A DNA stretch of 64,000 nt from assembly GCA_902805975.1 (NCBI GenBank), contig CADCUT010000208.1, forward strand, positions 1,517 to 65,516. The letters are read 5' to 3'. Made by a program: the position numbers and the translations under genes. Positions 9,089 through 19,326 of the stretch are shown here, in pieces. This DNA comes from an uncultured Rubrobacteraceae bacterium (GTDB taxonomy: Bacteria > Actinomycetota > Rubrobacteria > Rubrobacterales > Rubrobacteraceae). The notes beneath the pieces were generated by a model. That model searched no databases and had not been told where the DNA came from. It saw nothing but the letters and a program-made list of their open reading frames with translations. Within the stretch, counting starts at the first letter, position 1. Each line of letters opens with the position of its first letter.

Positions 9089-9892
9089 ATGGCGAACACT
9101 ACCAACTATTACGAGGTGCTCGGCGTCCGGCGCGAGGCCTCGCAGGCCGAGATCCGGAACGCCTACCGCGGCCTCGCCAAGAGCCTTCATCCGGACCACC
9201 CCGGCGGCAGCGCGGAGAAGTTCTCCCGCATCCAGGAGGCGAACGCCGTCCTCTCTGACCCTGACCGCCGCCGCGAGCACGACGAGGCTCTCGACCTCGC
9301 CCACGCCGCCGACCAGCTCGCGGGCCTCCAGTTCGACTTCGGCCAGGCAGAAGACGAGCTCTCCTCCCGCCGCCGCGCCCGCGAATCGGGCGGCCCCTCT
9401 CTGGGCGAACGCCTCAAGGGCCGGTTCGGCCGGAAAGGGGAGCCTGCCGGCAGGGATTCTGGCCGGGACTCGGGGAGGCGGACCAGGGGCCGCTACGACG
9501 TGAGCGAGGCGCGCTGGTACGAGCCGCACAGGCTCGACCCCGAGCCCGTCACGCTGAGGTCTGGAGCCATCAGCTTCGTGGGAGCGTTCCTGGCGTTTAT
9601 CCTCGCCGGACAGATCGGGCTGTGGGCGCAGGGGGAGAACCCAGGGGTCTTCGAGTTTCTCACGGTCCTCTCCCCGTTCATGTTCGTCCTGTACACGCTC
9701 ACAGGTCTCGTCGCCGGCTACCTGGCCTTCAGGTCCGCGGGATGGGCCGGGCTCGCCCTGGTCTTCGTAGCGGCGCTCGTCGTCGGCGGGCAGGGCCGGC
9801 CGGAGAACCTGCTGCAGTTCGCGACCATCGGCGTCGTCCTGCTGCTCGTCGTGATCTGGCTCGGCAACCGCCGCGACAACGCCGCGCGCTGA
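9089..9892 (+). CDS. J-domain (DnaJ class C) membrane protein
   Basis: NYYEVLGV...AYR.LAK.LHPD J-domain; about four C-terminal TM helices. Confidence 0.85.
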   Translation: MANTTNYYEVLGVRREASQAEIRNAYRGLAKSLHPDHPGGSAEKFSRIQEANAVLSDPDRRREHDEALDLAHAADQLAGLQFDFGQAEDELSSRRRARESGGPSLGERLKGRFGRKGEPAGRDSGRDSGRRTRGRYDVSEARWYEPHRLDPEPVTLRSGAISFVGAFLAFILAGQIGLWAQGENPGVFEFLTVLSPFMFVLYTLTGLVAGYLAFRSAGWAGLALVFVAALVVGGQGRPENLLQFATIGVVLLLVVIWLGNRRDNAAR

Positions 9893-11487
9893 TCTCCCCC
9901 ACCGACATACAGTCTTTTATCTCCCGTTTCGAGGGGCGCGCAGCACCCGCCGAGAAGAGGGTCGCGGAGGCGTGGTGGAGCCTGGCCGTCACGGGCTCCG
10001 AGGAGGCGCAGAAGGAGCTCGTCAGCGCCGGGACGGAGTACAACCGGCTCTTCGCCGACGAGGGGGAGCAGGAGAAGGTCGCGGCCTGGTACGAGGGACG
10101 GAACTCGCTGGACGACGAGCTACTGCGGCGGCAGGTCGACGTCCTCTACAGGACGTTCGCGGGCAGGCGGGGCGACGCCGGGGTCATGGAGAGGATCGAG
10201 GAACTGGAGGCCGAGGCGAACGCGGTCTACGGCAACCACCGGGGGACGGTGGGCGGCAGGACGGTCGGGGAAAACGAGGTGCGGGACATCCTGCGCACCT
10301 CCCCGGACGAGGCGGTGAGGCGCGAGGCGTGGGAGGCCTCCAAGACCGTCGGCCGCGAGGTCGAGGGGACCATTCGGGAGCTCGCCCGCCTGAGAAACCG
10401 GCTCGCCAGGGAGGCCGGTTACCCCGACCACTACCACCGCTCCCTCGACTTGCAGGAGATGCCGGTGGCGGAGCTCGAGGATCTCATGTCCGACCTCGAA
10501 GCCGCCACGGAAGCCCCGTTTCGGCAGCTAAAAGAACGCCTGGACCAAAACCTCCGCGAGAAGTTCGGGGTCGAGACCGTGGGGCCGTGGCTCCTCTCGG
10601 ACCCGTTCTTTCAGGAGCCCCCCGAGGACGGGAGCCTGAACACGGACCGCTTCTTCGAGGGCAAGGACCTCGAAGCCCTTACGCGCGAGACCTACGACGC
10701 TCTAGGGCTCGACGTGCGGGGTGTCGTGGCGAAGAGCGACCTTTACGCCAGGCCCGGCAAGAACCAGCACGCCTTCTGCCTCTCCGTGGGGAGGGACTAC
10801 CCCTACGACGTGCGGGTGTTGGCCAACCTGCGGGCCGGCAGGCCGGACGCCTACTGGATGAACACCATGCTCCACGAGTTCGGCCACGCCGTCTACGACA
10901 GGCACATAAACCCGAAGCTACCGTACCTCTTGCGCGGCGTCTCCCACATCGCCACGACCGAGGCCATAGCCCTCATGATGGGCTCGCTGGCAGAAGATCC
11001 CGGCTGGCTCGGCACCGTGGCCGGCGTGCCGGTGGAGGATCTGTCGGAGAAGCTCGTCGCGCGCCGAAGGGAAGACCTGCTCGTCTTCACGCGGTGGGCG
11101 CTCGTGGTGTTCCGGTTCGAGAAGGAGCTCTACGCCGACCCCGACCGGGACGACCTGAACGACGTCTGGTGGGACCTCGTCGAGAAGCTGCAGGGCGTAT
11201 CCCGTCCACCCGGGCGCGACGAGCCGGACTGGGCGGCCAAGATCCACGTTGCTACCGCCCCCGTCTACTACCACAACTACGTGCTCGGCAACCTTATCGC
11301 CGCGCAGCTCAGAGACTACCTGGAGACCCACATAACCCACGGCCCCTTCTACGAGAACGAGGTCGCCGGCCGCTACCTCCTGGAGTCCTTCTTCGGCCCC
11401 GGCGCCCGCGAGAACTGGCGTGACACCGTCCTGCGCGCCACCGGGGAACCGCTCGACCCTCGCCACTTCGTCGCGTCTCTAAAGTAA
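9889..11487 (+). CDS. M3/M2-type zinc metallopeptidase (oligoendopeptidase); start probably CTG
   Basis: HEFGH zinc motif, SDLYARPGKNQHAFC, TEAIA, KIH..TAPVYYHNYVLG; CTG overlaps the upstream TGA. Confidence 0.88.
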   Translation: MISPTDIQSFISRFEGRAAPAEKRVAEAWWSLAVTGSEEAQKELVSAGTEYNRLFADEGEQEKVAAWYEGRNSLDDELLRRQVDVLYRTFAGRRGDAGVMERIEELEAEANAVYGNHRGTVGGRTVGENEVRDILRTSPDEAVRREAWEASKTVGREVEGTIRELARLRNRLAREAGYPDHYHRSLDLQEMPVAELEDLMSDLEAATEAPFRQLKERLDQNLREKFGVETVGPWLLSDPFFQEPPEDGSLNTDRFFEGKDLEALTRETYDALGLDVRGVVAKSDLYARPGKNQHAFCLSVGRDYPYDVRVLANLRAGRPDAYWMNTMLHEFGHAVYDRHINPKLPYLLRGVSHIATTEAIALMMGSLAEDPGWLGTVAGVPVEDLSEKLVARRREDLLVFTRWALVVFRFEKELYADPDRDDLNDVWWDLVEKLQGVSRPPGRDEPDWAAKIHVATAPVYYHNYVLGNLIAAQLRDYLETHITHGPFYENEVAGRYLLESFFGPGARENWRDTVLRATGEPLDPRHFVASLK

Positions 11488-11499
11488 AAGGCCGGTAGG

Positions 11500-12417
11500 T
11501 TAACCCCCGCGGACCGGGATCTCCACACCCTCGAACGAGCCGTCGCGGGCGCTCCTGGTTCCGACGCTCAGGGTGCCTTTTTCTGGTAACGAGGAAAGGT
11601 TCAGGGTGGCCTCGAAGTAGCCCCAGGTCGAGCTCCAGTCGTTGGCGATGACGGTCTCGCGGACGAGGGTCTCTCCCCTCTCGTTCTTGAGGACGATGGT
11701 GTTGGCGGCCTCGAAGTTGCGGGAGTAGCCGCTCACGGTGAGCGGGTCGGAGATCCCGGCCCCCGCACGGGGCTCCACGAGCACGGTCCGCCCCCCCTCT
11801 GCTGGGGGTGGCTCTTTGGGACGGGCGCCGGCCGGCCTGAAGTCCACCACGAGCCGGGCCGGTTCGGCCAGCTCCAACACCCGGTAGCGAAACCTCTTCC
11901 GGGCGAGAACGTCCACGAACAGACCGCCCTCGGGGGCGCGCACGATGTGGAAGCTGTCCAGAAGCCCGTCTCCAAATTCGCCGTCGGAGACGGCCGTGGC
12001 GTTGGCGGAGGGCAGGTTGACGCGCAGGAGGACGTCGCCCTCAGGGGCATCGAGCGTCCAGCGCGACACCGCCCCTGCCGGCTCCTCCCCGGCGCCGAGG
12101 TCGAGCACGACCCGCTCAAAGCCCTCGTGTGGGCCGTGCCGGACGGCGAGCAGGGTGTCCGCCTCGTAGCCCGACCCACCCTCCACCCGCGGTTCCTTGC
12201 CGAACCGTCCGGCCCCACCCGCGCCGTCCTCCGCGGCGTCCGAGGAGGCCACCCCGACGGTCGATTCAGGCCGGTCCTCCGCCGCCGGCGTCGCGACCGC
12301 CGCGGCCTCCGGGCGGGATCTCGCGTCCACGGCCTCCTCCAGGGTTCCCGTCCCGGAACACCCGCCCGCGAGCGCGGTCGCCAGCAGGAGCAACAAGAGG
12401 GCGCCCGCGCGCCTCAC
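11500..12417 (-). CDS. Lipoprotein with AMIN-like and Gmad2 (spore germination Ig-like) domains
   Basis: Signal peptide with lipobox LAGGC; H.GFERVVLD, P.RLVVD; PLTVSG.SR.FEA. Confidence 0.75.
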   Translation of the reverse strand: MRRAGALLLLLLATALAGGCSGTGTLEEAVDARSRPEAAAVATPAAEDRPESTVGVASSDAAEDGAGGAGRFGKEPRVEGGSGYEADTLLAVRHGPHEGFERVVLDLGAGEEPAGAVSRWTLDAPEGDVLLRVNLPSANATAVSDGEFGDGLLDSFHIVRAPEGGLFVDVLARKRFRYRVLELAEPARLVVDFRPAGARPKEPPPAEGGRTVLVEPRAGAGISDPLTVSGYSRNFEAANTIVLKNERGETLVRETVIANDWSSTWGYFEATLNLSSLPEKGTLSVGTRSARDGSFEGVEIPVRGG

Positions 12418-12585
12418 CCGTGGCCCGTCGCGGACCGCGCCATCGCCCGCGTTTTCGAGGGTTCGACCATAAGCCCGGAGGATTATAGGGAGGAGGGTTT
12501 GCGGCGCGTTTGAGAACCTGTTTCGCTCCTGTAACGAGTTGTGGGCTCTGGCATATAATCTCCGCCTGATCGGCGAGACGGGAAG

Positions 12586-13566
12586 GTGGCCATGATTCGG
12601 CCCGAAGACGTGGCGGAGGCGCGAAAGCGACTGAGAGGTGTGGCGGTAGAGACACCCCTGATCCCCTGCCCCGGCGGGGACGGAGCACGCTCACTCCTCT
12701 TCAAGCCCGAGAGCCTCCAGCCGACGGGCGCCTTCAAGCTGCGGGGCGCCTTCAACAAGATCTCCTCCCTCAGCGAGGATGAGCGCGCCCGCGGCGTGGT
12801 AGCCCACTCCAGCGGCAACCACGCCAGAGCCGTCGCCTACGCGGCCCGCGCCCTCGGCGTAAAGGCCACGATAGTGATGCCGCGCGAGGCCGCGAAGGGG
12901 AAGCTCGACGCCACGGCGGCGCTCGGTCCCGAGCTCGTCCTCGTCGGGCCGGACAGCGGGGAGCGGGCGCGGAGGGCAGAGGAGCTAGCGGCAGAGCACG
13001 GCTACGTGCCCGTCCCCCCTTACGACGACGAGGTACTAATCGCGGGCCAGGGGACCGTGGGGGCGGAGATCCTTGAAGACCTGCCCGACGTGGAGACGGT
13101 CCTGGTCCCGGTGAGCGGTGGCGGCCTCATAAGCGGCGTTGCGGCGGCCATCAAGCAGACCAGGCCCGACGTGAGGGTGATCGGGGTGGAGCCCGAGCTC
13201 GCCGCGGACGCCCGCGAGAGCCTGAAGACCGGAGAGCTCGTCGAGTTCCCGGCCGAGATGGTGGGAAAGACGGTCGCCGACGGCCTGCGCGTCAGAAAGC
13301 TCGGGAACGCGCCCTTCGAGCACATCCTGGCCTATGTGGACGACATCGTCGCCGTCTCGGAGGAGGAGATCCTGGACGCCATGCGCCGCCTGGCCCTCAG
13401 GGTGCGCCTCGTGGCCGAACCGAGCGGCGCCGCGACGTTCGCCGCCTACCTCTTTCACCGCCACGAGCTCCCCGAAGGGCGCCTGAACGTCGCCGTCATA
13501 AGCGGCGGCAACGTGGAACCGGACCTGCTGGCGAGAGTCCTCACCGGCGGCGCTGGCGCGGTGTAA
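12586..13566 (+). CDS. Threonine/serine dehydratase family PLP enzyme
   Basis: KPESLQPTGAFKLRGA, SSGNH, PVSGGGL, EPSGA, SGGN. Confidence 0.92.
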   Translation: MAMIRPEDVAEARKRLRGVAVETPLIPCPGGDGARSLLFKPESLQPTGAFKLRGAFNKISSLSEDERARGVVAHSSGNHARAVAYAARALGVKATIVMPREAAKGKLDATAALGPELVLVGPDSGERARRAEELAAEHGYVPVPPYDDEVLIAGQGTVGAEILEDLPDVETVLVPVSGGGLISGVAAAIKQTRPDVRVIGVEPELAADARESLKTGELVEFPAEMVGKTVADGLRVRKLGNAPFEHILAYVDDIVAVSEEEILDAMRRLALRVRLVAEPSGAATFAAYLFHRHELPEGRLNVAVISGGNVEPDLLARVLTGGAGAV

Positions 13567-14356
13567 CCTCGACGGGGTAGCCGACGCTTACGGTGCCTGT
13601 GGAGGTGTGTATGAGGTTCCGACCGAACCAGACCTCGCCGCCGGCCTTGCGGTACGTGGCGAGGGTCCTCAGCGGCTCCTTGCCACGCTCCCCCGACTCC
13701 TGGTCTACCGTCGTAATCGCGCAGCGAGGGCATGGCTCCGCGACCCGGAAGACAGCGCCGCCAGCCCGGATCTCATCCCAACCGTCCTCCGCATAGGGTT
13801 CGCACCCCCCCACGACGAGGTTCGGCCTGAAGCGGTTCATGAGGACGGGGCTCTCCAGCCTACCGTTGAGGTCTTCGAGGGACGCCTCGGAGATCAGGAG
13901 CAGCGGGAAGCCGTCGGCGAAGCTCGTCTGGTCGCCGGCCCTGGCGTAGGCGGAGTCAACGGGCCTCACGTCGTCGTCGGGCTTGCGCACGAGCCGGCAA
14001 GGGAAGCCCAAGTACCGGCCGAACCAGCGGTCGGCCTCCCCGCCGGCGGGCACGCCGCGCTGCACATCGCCCCAGACCTCGACGTCGATCCGCTCTTCTG
14101 GCTCCCCTTCGAACGGAACCTCGAGGTCCGGCATACCGGGTGCGCTGACGACGAGTCGGTCGGGGGCGAGGCTGGGGGAGACGAGCGCCAGCCTCGGATG
14201 CCGGCGCTGGGACATAAACCCGCCCGACTCGTCCACGAGCATCCAACGCCGGTCCTGGAGCAGACCGGTCGCCCCGACCTGCGCGCTCCGCAGGGAGATG
14301 CCGCCGCAAGACTTTATGGGGTAGACGTAGACGCCACTGAGGACCGGCTGCGTCAA
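13541..14356 (-). CDS. MOSC domain protein (YcbX/mARC-like)
   Basis: YPIKSC, DRRWMLVD, FADGFPLL, RFRPN, PCPRC; start uncertain (TTG 14356 or ATG 14401). Confidence 0.9.
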   Translation of the reverse strand: MTQPVLSGVYVYPIKSCGGISLRSAQVGATGLLQDRRWMLVDESGGFMSQRRHPRLALVSPSLAPDRLVVSAPGMPDLEVPFEGEPEERIDVEVWGDVQRGVPAGGEADRWFGRYLGFPCRLVRKPDDDVRPVDSAYARAGDQTSFADGFPLLLISEASLEDLNGRLESPVLMNRFRPNLVVGGCEPYAEDGWDEIRAGGAVFRVAEPCPRCAITTVDQESGERGKEPLRTLATYRKAGGEVWFGRNLIHTSTGTVSVGYPVEVTPRQRRR

Positions 14357-14584
14357 AGGAGGCTCTTCATCCTGCCACCGAAGCGGGCGGCGAGATCCCA
14401 TCCTGGCAACGTTGTAGCAACCTGGCATCGAGCAACACGGACGCCATCATGCGCTCTGATGTCCGTCTCTTCAAGCCCCGGCGTAGGTAATGGCCTGTTC
14501 CGCGCGTCGCACTTCCCGTAGTCACACACCGCCTTCTCTCAATGCGACACGTGATCGCACCTACGCACGTCGGCTTGCTCTCAG

Positions 14585-15136
14585 TTATCGTGGCGGTTGG
14601 TCGGGCCGTGTACGCAACGAGTCCTGATCGGTCAGGGCGTAGAGTATTTGGTCTACCACCACGCCTTCCTTGAGGGCGCTTCGACGCATTGTCCCCTCGC
14701 GAATGTAGCCGCATTTCTCCAGGACGCGTATTGAGGCGACACTGCTTGCGAAAGGAACGGCGAAGATGCGTGTGAGATCGAGCGTCTGGAACCCATAGCT
14801 CGTTAGGGTTCGTACAGCGGCGGTGGTGATGCCTTTCCCCCAATGGGCTTCGCCGAGCCAGTAACCAATCTCCGCCGAACGGCGACCTATATCGCTTCCT
14901 ATTTCGAGCCCGATGCCGCCGACGGCCTCGCCATGCACCTCGATCGCGAATTGCGTCTGCGGATGCTGTTGGCGGGTGAGGTCTACCCAATACTCGGCAT
15001 CCGCGCGCGTGTAAGGACGCGGGAAGCGATCCCGCAGGCGACGCCAAACCTCGTAGTTGTTGGCGTAGCGGACCAACGAGGTCTCATCGCCTTTGTTCCA
15101 GGGTCGGAGCACGCAGTACCCAGTGTCCAGCCTCAC
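14585..15136 (-). CDS. GNAT N-acetyltransferase (RimJ/RimL type)
   Basis: FP.PYT..DA, AEIGYWLGE.HWGKGI.T, ASIRVLEKCGY.REG; lower GC than neighbours. Confidence 0.9.
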   Translation of the reverse strand: MRLDTGYCVLRPWNKGDETSLVRYANNYEVWRRLRDRFPRPYTRADAEYWVDLTRQQHPQTQFAIEVHGEAVGGIGLEIGSDIGRRSAEIGYWLGEAHWGKGITTAAVRTLTSYGFQTLDLTRIFAVPFASSVASIRVLEKCGYIREGTMRRSALKEGVVVDQILYALTDQDSLRTRPDQPPR

Positions 15137-15265
15137 CTTCCGATCCTTTGCGACGCCACCCACCGTAGGGCAATGGTTAGCCCGAACAGACGACCGATCT
15201 CGATGCTGCATGATGGGTTCATTATCGTCAAGGACCTCCTCTCGAAAACACAAACCGACGCCCGG

Positions 15266-16171
15266 CTAAGTCGCCACGAACGGCGTCGTGCCGTACTGGA
15301 CGAGGCCGCCCGGTCCAGCCACTTCCTCGCCGAGCTCCATCCGCAAACGATCCTCGCGCCCGACGAAGCCGAGGCTCTGGAAGAGGTCGTGGGACGGGCA
15401 ATCGTTCGGGCCGGTGGCGATGACGCGGACAGGGGTGTCGCCCGCCGCTTCGAGGGTGCGGAGGAGCAGGTCTCGGGCCGCGTCGGTCGTCCTGGCGGAG
15501 AAGGGGCCGATCCGGACGGGGTCACGCGAGGCGTCCAGGATCAGGTACCCCTCTATCCGCCCGGCCGCATCCCTGGCCACGAACCCCTTCCCGTGGCGCA
15601 GCCCGAGGGCGGAGAAGATGAGGGGCGAACGGTCCGCCCCGTGACTCCAGAGGTCCACGCCGTAGAGCTCCGGCAGGTCCCCGAACCGCAACGTGTCGAC
15701 CCGGCGAAGGTCCGCGCTACCGGGCGCGGCTTCTCGCCCGTCGAGCCGGTAGGCCGTGCGCCGTCCCATCTCCCTGAAACCCAATGACCTGTAGATGTCC
15801 TCGGCGGGCCCCGTGGCGTAGAGCCGGATGGTCTTCGCCCCGCGGCCCTTGAGGTACGCGACGGCCCAGGCCGAGAGCTCCCTGCCGAGGCCGAGGCCCC
15901 GGTGCTCGTGGTGGACGGCGAGGTGGCAGAGGATGCCGACCGCGCCCAGCGGCACGGCCCCGACCATCCCGACAAGCCCGCCGTCGGCCGCCCCGGCCAC
16001 GAACCACCGGGCGTCGCGGACGCCGCGCAGGAGGTCGAACGCCCGGGGGTCGGCCGCCCAGCGCACGACGCTCCTGAGCTCCAGGACGCGCTCGACGTCC
16101 GAGACCTCCATCCGCCGGACGCGGAGGCCGGCCCCCGCCTTCAAGACTTCTCTTCTGTTTGACGCCAACAC
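15266..16171 (-). CDS. Tandem GNAT family N-acetyltransferase
   Basis: LAV...HRGLGLGR acetyl-CoA motif, LYAT....IYRSLGF, second domain with RIGP. Confidence 0.85.
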   Translation of the reverse strand: MLASNRREVLKAGAGLRVRRMEVSDVERVLELRSVVRWAADPRAFDLLRGVRDARWFVAGAADGGLVGMVGAVPLGAVGILCHLAVHHEHRGLGLGRELSAWAVAYLKGRGAKTIRLYATGPAEDIYRSLGFREMGRRTAYRLDGREAAPGSADLRRVDTLRFGDLPELYGVDLWSHGADRSPLIFSALGLRHGKGFVARDAAGRIEGYLILDASRDPVRIGPFSARTTDAARDLLLRTLEAAGDTPVRVIATGPNDCPSHDLFQSLGFVGREDRLRMELGEEVAGPGGLVQYGTTPFVAT

Positions 16172-16400
16172 CGTTTTTTCCTTCGGCTTTCGATGCGTGG
16201 ACAGAGACCCTTCCGCGGGTGGGTTCCGGGGAGACCGGAGAGACGCGGATGCCCCGGGCGCAATCCCTACAGGATCGGCCGGGGCAGGGACGGTCGGGGC
16301 GGCCGCTCGTCGAGACGGCTTCTGCCGATAAACCCTATGAGATCCCGTTCCACGCCCCCCATGCTACAGCATCGCGTCCGGCGACGGAAATCGGTGTCGT

Positions 16401-17366
<966 letters not shown>

Positions 17367-17418
17367 GCAATCCCCCTTCTCTTGGAACAAGACCCTTATG
17401 GTACACGGGACCCGGCCC

Positions 17419-18189
17419 CTACCGCCCTCCCGAGGACTCCATCCTGGAGAGGGCGGCCTCGAAGGCGTCGGAGCTTATCTGGACGAGGCCGTCGAAGGGA
17501 TAGTCGAGGGCCCGGATCGCGTAGAGGATGAGCGCCAGGACCACGGTGTACGCGGAGATCATGAAAGCGTGCAGCCCCTCCGCCCTGATGCCCAGCAGGT
17601 AGGTGAAAATGACCGTGACGAGCCCGCCCAGGACCAGCACGACCCACAGGATGGACGGTATCCCCTCGCGCGCCTCCTGCAGCCGCAGCGCCCGGCCCTC
17701 GTCGAGGTCCGCGACGAGCGTGAGGGCCTGCGCGTACAGGGCGTTCTCCCTCTCCGTGCGGAACTCGAAGTCCAGGACGGCGCTCCTGAACTCGCCGGAG
17801 ATGTTCTCCACCTTCGCGCTTGACCGGCCCTCGCGCATCAGGGGCCAACCCTCCTCCACGACGGCGCGGGCGTAGGCCTCGGCCAGGCCCTGCAACTCCC
17901 GCCGCTTCGCCTCGGGGAAACCCTCCGCGAGGCCGTGGATCTCCTCGACGCTGCCGGCCTCGGTCTGCGCGGTCTTCTGCGCCGTGTCGTACTGGTAGGC
18001 GACAAAGTACGCCAAGAAACCCACGATCAACCCGTACAATACGTACAAAGCCCCGAACATCACGGCGGTGTTGGATTTGTGAGTCTCCCGAAGATCAAAG
18101 GGCACGAAGCGCCGCGCCGCCGCGAACCCCAGCAGCGCCAGCGCGACCGAGAGGCCCACGATCAGCACCCCCCACAGTATCGTCTCCAC
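17419..18189 (-). CDS. DUF4239-like membrane protein
   Basis: G.LYGL++GF, YARAVV.E.WP.M, R.LRL, LDYPF.G pattern; start chosen at GTG 18189. Confidence 0.75.
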   Translation of the reverse strand: METILWGVLIVGLSVALALLGFAAARRFVPFDLRETHKSNTAVMFGALYVLYGLIVGFLAYFVAYQYDTAQKTAQTEAGSVEEIHGLAEGFPEAKRRELQGLAEAYARAVVEEGWPLMREGRSSAKVENISGEFRSAVLDFEFRTERENALYAQALTLVADLDEGRALRLQEAREGIPSILWVVLVLGGLVTVIFTYLLGIRAEGLHAFMISAYTVVLALILYAIRALDYPFDGLVQISSDAFEAALSRMESSGGR

Positions 18190-18331
18190 CCGGACCCTGC
18201 CCCTCCCGACGCCCCACAACACAGGGGGAAAAGTACACGCCCAAAGGCCGGCCGGCAAACGCGGAACCACCCGCCGGGGCTCCTGTAACCTGCCTTGCTT
18301 ACTGATTTGTTGTCGGTTAAGAGCACCTTTA

Positions 18332-18359
18332 TTGCAAGAGCATCCCATTTTGTTACAAT
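18332..18359 (+). promoter_or_regulatory. SigA-type promoter of rex (TTGCAA-16-TACAAT, extended -10)
   Basis: Near-consensus hexamers plus TGn, 44 nt upstream of the rex start. Confidence 0.65.
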
Positions 18360-18403
18360 GCGCCCACGGTCATCCGAACCACGAATATGAAGGAGCGGGA
18401 GAG

Positions 18404-19045
18404 TTGCGAACCACGCTACAGCCCGGCCTGACGAATAGGCTGACGAAATATCTCAGAACCACGCAGCAGCTCATAGAAGAGGGCCGTGACGCGGTCTCCA
18501 GCAAGGAACTTGGGGACTTTACGGGCATCAACCCGGTGCAGGTTCGGAGGGATCTGAACGCCATCGGCTTCTCCGGGACGCGGGGGGTGGGCTACCAGGC
18601 CTACGACCTGGTCGAGGCGGTGCGGGACATCCTGGGTCTCAGGCAGACCTACAACATCGCGCTCGTCGGCGCCGGCAACCTGGGGAGCGCCATCGCGGCG
18701 AGCACCATATTGCCCAAGAGGGGCTTCGTGATCCACGACGTCTTCGACGCCGACACAGACAAGATCGGCCGCACGGTGGGCAACGTGGTCGTCAAGCATA
18801 TAGACGAGCTCGCCAAGAGCGTGGCCGAAGCCGAAGAGATCATCGGCATCATCGCCACCCCCGCTAACGCCGCCCAGCACGTCGCCGACCTCATGACCGA
18901 CGCGAACATCCGCGTCATCCTCAACTACACCGACGTCCTCCTCCACGTCCCCTCCCACGTGGACGTCCACCGCATAGACCCGACGGCGCAGTTGATGCAT
19001 ACGCTGTACTACCTGACCCAGGCAGAGGGGCAGGAGGCAAGTTAG
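18404..19045 (+). CDS. rex: Redox-sensing transcriptional repressor Rex
   Basis: RL..YLR, VSSKEL, QVRRDL...G..G.RGVGY, VGAGNLG.A; TTG start. Confidence 0.95.
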   Translation: MRTTLQPGLTNRLTKYLRTTQQLIEEGRDAVSSKELGDFTGINPVQVRRDLNAIGFSGTRGVGYQAYDLVEAVRDILGLRQTYNIALVGAGNLGSAIAASTILPKRGFVIHDVFDADTDKIGRTVGNVVVKHIDELAKSVAEAEEIIGIIATPANAAQHVADLMTDANIRVILNYTDVLLHVPSHVDVHRIDPTAQLMHTLYYLTQAEGQEAS

Positions 19046-19217
19046 GTTCTGAGGTTTTAGGTACAAGGTTGTAAGAAGGGGCTCCCGTACGCCGGGGGCC
19101 CCTTCTCGTTGGCTATCAGACCGCTTCGGGAAACGGGCGGGATGCGATAGGGGTACAGCCTTTCGCGCACGTCGCGGACTATACCCGGAACCTTAAAACC
19201 TAGAGCCTCGAAACTTG
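19043..19217. repeat. Heptamer/octamer tandem arrays after the rex stop (19043-19070) and an inverted copy (19190-19217)
   Basis: TAG GTTCTGAG GTTTTAG GTACAAG; minus strand GTTTCGAG GCTCTAG GTTTTAAG. Confidence 0.6.
19074..19106 (+). terminator. Hairpin terminator after rex
   Basis: AGAAGGGGCTCCCG-tacgc-CGGGGGCCCCTTCT stem. Confidence 0.7.
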
Positions 19218-19218
19218 G

Positions 19219-19326
19219 AAAAGAGGATAACCCGAGGCGCCTAGGGGTGATAGGTGGGGAAAGGGAAAGGAGGAGTGGCGCCCCGGGTTATTTAATTGTG
19301 CCGGTTTAGTTTCGCACCAACCGACT
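19219..19326 (-). ncRNA. Candidate small RNA with an anti-SD C/U-rich loop
   Basis: Promoter TTTACA-17-TAGTAT (19361-19333); 5' hairpin; 15-bp stem (19291-19277 with 19241-19227) around a 35-nt loop containing CUCCUCCU; ends in CCUCUUUU; no ORF. Confidence 0.65.

Noticed and set aside
19268-19295. Plus-strand mini-ORF GTG GCG CCC CGG GTT ATT TAA after AGGAGGA (type I toxin idea)
   Set aside because: No spacing between RBS and start and only 6 codons; the purine run is better explained as the complement of the sRNA loop.
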